A DNA stretch of 64,000 nucleotides, from positions 32,001 through 96,000 of the forward strand of contig DAHWNL010000016.1 in assembly GCA_027339965.1 (NCBI GenBank), in the 5' to 3' direction. The position numbers were made by a program, and so were the translations under genes. The notes beneath the pieces were generated by a model that was given only the letters and a program-made list of their open reading frames with translations, made no database searches and had not been told where the DNA came from. Shown one piece after another: positions 58,624 through 64,000 of the stretch; position 1 is the stretch's first letter, and each line of letters begins with the position of its first letter. This DNA comes from Granulicella sp. (GTDB lineage: Bacteria; Acidobacteriota; Terriglobia; Terriglobales; Acidobacteriaceae).

Positions 58624-59730
58624 ATGGCCGAAGATGAACTGATTCTGATGACTGGCGCCACCGGATTTCTAGGCATGCAACTGGTGCGCGACCTGCTCGA
58701 CCAGCGTCCCCAGGTGCGGCTGGCGCTGCTGGTCCGTGACCGTGCCGGACTTAGCGGCGAGCAGCGCGTTCACGCGTTCCTTCCCGAGGCGCATCGCGCG
58801 CGTGTGCAGACGGTATCCGGCGATGTAAGCCATCCCGGCTGCGGGCTGGATGAGGCGACACAGCAGCGTCTGCGGGCGGAGGTCACGCGCGTGATTCACT
58901 CCGCGGCCACGGTGCGCTTCGATCACTCGCTCGAAGAGGCGCGCCGCATCAACGTCGAAGGAACGCGGCATCTCTTGGACTTTGCGGGCAGCGTACGGCC
59001 GTTGCGCAGCTTCGCCTATGTGGGCACAGCCTACGTGGCCGGCGAGCGCACCGACCTGGTGCGCGAGGACGAACTGGCCATCGGACAGAGCTACCGGAAC
59101 ACCTACGAGCAGACGAAAGCCGAAGCTGAGGCGCTGGTGCGTTCGCGTCTGGCCTCCATGCCCGGCGTCATTCTACGCCCCAGCATTATCGTGGGAGACT
59201 CCCGCACCGGCGTCACCTCCAGCTTCAAGATGATGTACTGGCCGCTGAAGATCTACGCGCGCGGGCTTTGGCGGACCGTGCCCGGCTATCCTGACGCCGT
59301 GCTGGACATTGTGCCGGTCGACTTTGTCGCGCGCGCCGTGGCGCAGCTTCTGTTTGACCCGGCCGCGCTGGGCTCGACGGTGCATCTTTGCGCCGGGCCG
59401 CAGGGCAGCGCCACCATCGACCAGATTGCGCTCCGAGCCCGCGAGTACTTCCACGGTCCCGCGCCGCGCTACGTGGATCCGCGCTTTTTCTTCGCCGTTC
59501 TGCGGCCTCTGCTCTTCATGGCACTGTGGGGACGCAAGCGCAACGTGCTGCGCGACGGGCGCGCCTACCGCGACTACTTCACCATGCGCATGCAGTTTGA
59601 CATCAGCAACGCACAGCGGTTTCTGCAGTCCACCGGCCTCACTCCTCCGCCGGTCCTGGATTATCTTGAACGTCTCTTCAACTACTGCGTGGCCAGCGAG
59701 TGGGGCCGCAAGCCGGTCTCCGCCGCATGA
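58624..59730 (+). CDS. Extended SDR, fatty-acyl/thioester reductase-like (NAD_binding_4)
   Basis: LMTGATGFLG, GDVS.PGCGL, IHSAATVRFD, NVEGT, GTAYVAG, YEQTK, RPSIIVG, VPVDFV. Confidence 0.85.
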   Translation: MAEDELILMTGATGFLGMQLVRDLLDQRPQVRLALLVRDRAGLSGEQRVHAFLPEAHRARVQTVSGDVSHPGCGLDEATQQRLRAEVTRVIHSAATVRFDHSLEEARRINVEGTRHLLDFAGSVRPLRSFAYVGTAYVAGERTDLVREDELAIGQSYRNTYEQTKAEAEALVRSRLASMPGVILRPSIIVGDSRTGVTSSFKMMYWPLKIYARGLWRTVPGYPDAVLDIVPVDFVARAVAQLLFDPAALGSTVHLCAGPQGSATIDQIALRAREYFHGPAPRYVDPRFFFAVLRPLLFMALWGRKRNVLRDGRAYRDYFTMRMQFDISNAQRFLQSTGLTPPPVLDYLERLFNYCVASEWGRKPVSAA

Positions 59731-61334
59731 GCCTCCTGCCGCGATACCGGCTCTCGCGCGACACCAGCGTCACTGTGGCCAACCTCATCGATGAACTAGT
59801 CCGGCGCAAGGGAGACTGCGAGGTTTCGGTGGATGATGAGGGCTCCTTTCGTCTCTCCGATCTCCACGCCGAGGTCTGCGCCCTCGACGCGTTCCTCCGC
59901 CGGACCGTCGCCCTACAACCAGGGGAGCAGGTTGCCATCTATCGCAGCAACGACCGGCGCTGCTTCCACTGGTTTCTGGCCATCGTCCGCGCTGGCGGCA
60001 TCGCGGTCCCGCTCAATCCGCAACTCTCGCTGGCCGAGGTCCGCCGCATCCTGGCCGATAGTGGCACGCGCATCCTGGTCACCGACAAGGCGGTCTTTGA
60101 ACGCACCATCGGTAGCCGTCAGGCCCTGGACGTGCGCACCTGGATCCAGGCAGACGATGAGCCGGAGACCCTCGACGGATTTGTCCGCGCGCCGGCCTCC
60201 ACTGCCACCGCCTTGCCTCCGCCGAACATCGATCCTGCGGCGACCATCGCCATCTTTCACACCTCGGGAACCAGCGGATTTCCCAAGGGCGCAGCCCTGT
60301 CCAGCAACGCGTTGCTGGGCGCGCGCGCTTCCACCGTGCTCTCCGGCGTCTTCCTGGGGCCTCGTGACCTGGCGCTGGTCGCCCTGCCGTGGTCGCACAT
60401 CATGGCGGTCAGCATCGCGCTCTACGGGCTGATGGCCGGCATTCGCGGCTGCTTTCTCAACCGCTTTGATACGGAAGCCGCTCTGAGCCTTGTCGAGCGG
60501 TTTCGCGTGACGGCGGTGATTGGCGTTCCGGCTATGTTGGCCCGCCTGGTCAACGCTCATCCAGACCCGGCTCGTCTGGCCAGCGTGCGCCTCTGGCTTT
60601 CAGCCAGCGATCATCTGCCCCGGGAGGTGCGGCTGCAACTGCGCCGCTACGGAGCGTTGCTGCGCCTGCCCGGCGGTCTTCGCATTCCTCCCGTGCTTCT
60701 GAATGGTTACGGCATGGTTGAACTGGGTGGTCTGGCCATGATGGGCGTTGAACTTTCGTTTGCTCCCGGCAGCGGCGACCTTTGCATCCCCGTACCCCCG
60801 TTCCGCATCCGCATCGTCGATGAAGACGGCCGCGTGTTGCCGCCAGGCGCCGCCGGCGAGTGTCAGATTCGCCGCCACGGCATCACGCCACACTACTGGA
60901 AGGACACGGGCGAGACGCAGGAAGGCATTTTGACCAGCGACGGCTGGCTGCGCACCGGCGACCTGGCTGTGCGCAATCGCCTGGGGCTCATCCGTGTGGT
61001 GGGACGCGCCAAGGACGTCATCAAGGCCGGCGGCTACTCGGTGTACGTCAAGGAACTCGAAGAAACCATCCTGGCCCATCCGGATGTCGCGCGCGCCGTC
61101 GCCTTTGGCCTTCCGCACCGCGACAAAGGCGAGATGCCCGTGGCCGCTGTTGAGCTGCATCCTGGCGCCACGGTCAGTGAAACGGCTCTGCTGGAGTGGT
61201 GCCGCGGCCGTCTGGCAGCCTACAAATCGCCACGCCGGATCTGGATTCTCGCTCCCGGCGAACTGCCGCAGAACCACACCGGCAAATTCTTAAGGCGTGA
61301 ACTCCAGGCGCGGTTCGCCGCAACCCCGGACTGA
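59727..61334 (+). CDS. ANL-family acyl-CoA synthetase / adenylate-forming enzyme
   Basis: HTSGTSGFPKG, GYGMVE, GWLRTGD, GRAKDVIKAGG, TGK; ATGA overlap with the reductase. Confidence 0.92.
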   Translation: MSLLPRYRLSRDTSVTVANLIDELVRRKGDCEVSVDDEGSFRLSDLHAEVCALDAFLRRTVALQPGEQVAIYRSNDRRCFHWFLAIVRAGGIAVPLNPQLSLAEVRRILADSGTRILVTDKAVFERTIGSRQALDVRTWIQADDEPETLDGFVRAPASTATALPPPNIDPAATIAIFHTSGTSGFPKGAALSSNALLGARASTVLSGVFLGPRDLALVALPWSHIMAVSIALYGLMAGIRGCFLNRFDTEAALSLVERFRVTAVIGVPAMLARLVNAHPDPARLASVRLWLSASDHLPREVRLQLRRYGALLRLPGGLRIPPVLLNGYGMVELGGLAMMGVELSFAPGSGDLCIPVPPFRIRIVDEDGRVLPPGAAGECQIRRHGITPHYWKDTGETQEGILTSDGWLRTGDLAVRNRLGLIRVVGRAKDVIKAGGYSVYVKELEETILAHPDVARAVAFGLPHRDKGEMPVAAVELHPGATVSETALLEWCRGRLAAYKSPRRIWILAPGELPQNHTGKFLRRELQARFAATPD

Positions 61335-61367
61335 TCTCGCTGTTGCGATCAAACCACTCCGAATCGA

Positions 61368-62396
61368 TCAGGCCGAAGCGGAGAGGGCCGAGCGCGAGAC
61401 CTCGCTCACCATCGTGCGGATGGAATCGATCACCAGATCCGGTTCGTCCAGATGAATCCAGTGCGCGCTCTCTTCCGCGATCACTTGCCGCACGTTATTG
61501 CCTATCCTGGCCAGACATTGCTCGGACAGAGGAGTCGAGCTGCCCGGAGTTAGCACCAGAACCGGGATGTCGCGAATCGGATTCGCGCTGTGCATCTCCG
61601 CAACCGTGTCCGGAACCGCCGAGACATATTGCTGCATCCCGACGTAATAGTCGGGCCGGGACCAGTGCGCGGCAATGATAGGCCAGATCTCCCTGGGCAT
61701 CTTTCCCACCTCATCGGTCAACCGCTTCAACACATGCCTTCCGCCTAGGCCACCCTCCTTGGCGATGCGGCCGGGTAGACCGTTCGACCGGCCCATCAGC
61801 GAGGTGATCACCAGACGCAACAGGCCGAGGCGCGCCACCGGAACCGCGTAGGCGGAGAGTTTCCTGCCCCGGTCGATCATCGATTGCTTGCTGGGATTCA
61901 GCGGAGGCCACTCCTCGCATCGCATCGGATCCACCAGCACCAGGCCGGCCACCTCTCCCGGATACTCCATCGCATAACGCTGCACACACAGGCCGCCGAA
62001 GGAGTGGCCCACCAGAATGTACGGCGGCCCAATGCCGGCCGATGCCAACATGGTGTGCAACTCGGCGCAGATGTTTCCCGGGGTGCGCTGGCTGCAGCAG
62101 GGGCTGCTCCAGCCCAGACCGCTGCGATCGTAGGCCGCCGTCGCCGTAAATCCGGCAACCTTGTCTTGAATGTGCCGCCAGTTCAGGTTCGTCGCCGTGA
62201 TGCCGGCCTCGAACAGTACCGCCGGTCCACCCGTTCCCTTCTCCACCACAAAGAGCTTTTGTCCGGGTCCAATCTCTACCCAGCGACCCACTCCGGTGAA
62301 CCGCTTTCGATCGCTCCGCTCGCCCAGCCATTGATAGAGAAATCCCGCAGCGGGGATGGCGGCAACAGACAGCAAAATCGCAGCACTCACACTCAT
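61368..62396 (-). CDS. Alpha/beta hydrolase with N-terminal membrane anchor
   Basis: VLFEAG, YDRSGLGWS, VGHSFGG, SAHWIHLDEP. Confidence 0.9.
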   Translation of the reverse strand: MSVSAAILLSVAAIPAAGFLYQWLGERSDRKRFTGVGRWVEIGPGQKLFVVEKGTGGPAVLFEAGITATNLNWRHIQDKVAGFTATAAYDRSGLGWSSPCCSQRTPGNICAELHTMLASAGIGPPYILVGHSFGGLCVQRYAMEYPGEVAGLVLVDPMRCEEWPPLNPSKQSMIDRGRKLSAYAVPVARLGLLRLVITSLMGRSNGLPGRIAKEGGLGGRHVLKRLTDEVGKMPREIWPIIAAHWSRPDYYVGMQQYVSAVPDTVAEMHSANPIRDIPVLVLTPGSSTPLSEQCLARIGNNVRQVIAEESAHWIHLDEPDLVIDSIRTMVSEVSRSALSASA

Positions 62397-63184
62397 GGAA
62401 GATCCTCGGAGCGGCTGATCACGCCAGGTTGAAAGTCGTTGGCATTCAGATGGGCCTTGGCTGTTCCTCGTTTAATGATCCAGACCGTCGAGCCAGCCTG
62501 ACCGCGCATCTTCGCCTCGATCTGCGTGGCCGACCAGACCCCATTCGATTGACGCAAGCCAAAATACGTAATCTCCTTCACAGCTCCGCCCTGTCGCAGC
62601 TTCTTCTCGGCATGCACCGGGTAGGCGATGTTGTGATCCAGCCAGGTGCGCACCTGAGTGTAGCTCGTCCGATCGGAAGCTCCGGGAACGCTCTTCAACA
62701 GATCGCAGCGACGTCCGCCGAATGAGGCTTCTCCCAGCACCATCTGCTCTGGCCAGAAGTACTGCGCATCCAGCAGATCTTCATAGCTGAAGGTCGTGCC
62801 CAGAAAACCATCGCCCCATCTCTCCGGCGGCAGCAGCGTGGGCGCAGCCCCGCGCCGACGGAACACTCGAATGCTGTCCCGTCCGTCGGGACGAGTCTCC
62901 AGCAGGATGCGGAGCCGTTCGTCTTTTCCACCTGCCTTCGCTCCCCGGGAAGGCACGGCCTCGATCAGCGTGTGCATGGCTCCGTGAAACCAAAGTCCCT
63001 CCGCGGAGATGGCGAAGCGAGTGCGATCTCCGCCCGCATCCACCCTGACGATCTGGCCGCTGGCGCGATAGTCCGAAGACTCGATGCGGTTGCGCACCGT
63101 AACCAGATCCGCCGGCGTCTCAGCTACGCAGGCCGCGCCTGCCAGCAGCAACACCACGGCCGTCATCAGAGCGGCCCGCCTCAC
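62393..63184 (-). CDS. Outer-membrane lipoprotein-sorting (LolA-like) protein
   Basis: Signal peptide; FLGTTFSYEDL, SY...TWLD...P, G..VK, W....IE pattern of LolA-like proteins. Confidence 0.7.
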   Translation of the reverse strand: MRRAALMTAVVLLLAGAACVAETPADLVTVRNRIESSDYRASGQIVRVDAGGDRTRFAISAEGLWFHGAMHTLIEAVPSRGAKAGGKDERLRILLETRPDGRDSIRVFRRRGAAPTLLPPERWGDGFLGTTFSYEDLLDAQYFWPEQMVLGEASFGGRRCDLLKSVPGASDRTSYTQVRTWLDHNIAYPVHAEKKLRQGGAVKEITYFGLRQSNGVWSATQIEAKMRGQAGSTVWIIKRGTAKAHLNANDFQPGVISRSEDLP

Positions 63185-63846
63185 GATGCGACCCTCCCGT
63201 CGTGGACTCGGATGTGACGCGGCGCCGCCTGGGCAATCTCGTCCTCATGCGTCACCACAATCAGCGTCATGCCTCGCGATCTCTGAATTCCCGTGAGAAT
63301 CTCCATAATATGCGCGGAGTTCTTGCTATCCAGATTGCCCGTGGGCTCGTCGGCCAGCAGTATTTCGGGCTCATTGGCCAGCGCGCGGGCGATCGCCACG
63401 CGCTGCCGTTCGCCTGCGGAGAGCTTGCTCGGATGCTGATCCATGCGGTGTCCCATGCCCATCTCCCGAAGCAGACTCTCGGCGCGATTGCGGCGATCTC
63501 CGCTGCCGCTCCGCGAGGCCAGCATGGGAGCCTGCACGTTCTCGACAGCCCGCAGGGTGGGCAGCAGGTAAAACGCCTGGAACACGAAGCCTACATGATC
63601 GCAACGATAGGTATCAAGATCGAACGAAGAACCCAGCGGAACGCCACGGAAGAGAATGTTGCCGCTGCTTGGGCTATCCAGCCCTCCCAGAAGATGCAGC
63701 AGCGTAGACTTCCCACTGCCGCTGTGGCCGCTGATGGCCACGAACTCACCCGCCTCAATCGAGAGGTCGACGCCTCGCAGGGCTTCGATGCGTCCCTCTT
63801 CGTAGCTCTTGCACAACTCGCGCACTTCTAGAATGGGACTGCTCAT
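63181..63846 (-). CDS. ABC ATP-binding protein, LolD/MacB-type
   Basis: GHSGSGKST, GFVFQAFYLLP, LSAGERQRVAIARAL, LADEPTGNLD, VVTH. Confidence 0.93.
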   Translation of the reverse strand: MSSPILEVRELCKSYEEGRIEALRGVDLSIEAGEFVAISGHSGSGKSTLLHLLGGLDSPSSGNILFRGVPLGSSFDLDTYRCDHVGFVFQAFYLLPTLRAVENVQAPMLASRSGSGDRRNRAESLLREMGMGHRMDQHPSKLSAGERQRVAIARALANEPEILLADEPTGNLDSKNSAHIMEILTGIQRSRGMTLIVVTHEDEIAQAAPRHIRVHDGRVAS

Positions 63847-64000
63847 GCGTCTGAGCCTCCGTCCGGAACGCGCGAGAGAGTCCCGCACGCAAAAAATTGC
63901 CTAACACCCGAGTCGATCACACCCAACCTCCCAAGAGACGGCCGCCGATGGCAAAAGTCAACCTCCCCATCGGCCAAAGTAGCTGCATGAACAAATGTTA

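Overview
High-GC chromosomal window that looks like core/flexible genome of an Acidobacteriaceae-type bacterium (taxon inferred from gene content and protein style, not proven). It holds about 50 CDS and one tRNA-Arg(TCT). Housekeeping genes: rlmN, pgi, ispG, dnaK, dnaJ, an HspR-like MerR regulator, hldE, a cimA-like synthase, a YvcK-family gene, copZ/copA and a fused lptF-lptG. Others: two two-component systems, two Tat-exported sulfatases plus a formylglycine-generating enzyme, several transporters, and a terminal acyl-CoA ligase/reductase/LolA-like cluster. I found no CRISPR array, integrase or transposase. The most striking unannotated signal is a 115-118 bp nested-palindrome element present three times (14729, 33833, 45782). 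Each copy begins exactly on the TA of the upstream gene's stop codon, ends in TA, lies between convergent genes, keeps an invariant 33-nt core hairpin, and shows G-U/compensatory changes suggesting a structured RNA on the sense strand. Secondary signals: repeated leaderless-type promoter architecture, a HAIR-like operator at dnaK with an unknown 85-aa ORF where grpE usually lies, and a CDS whose stop codon lies inside the tRNA gene.
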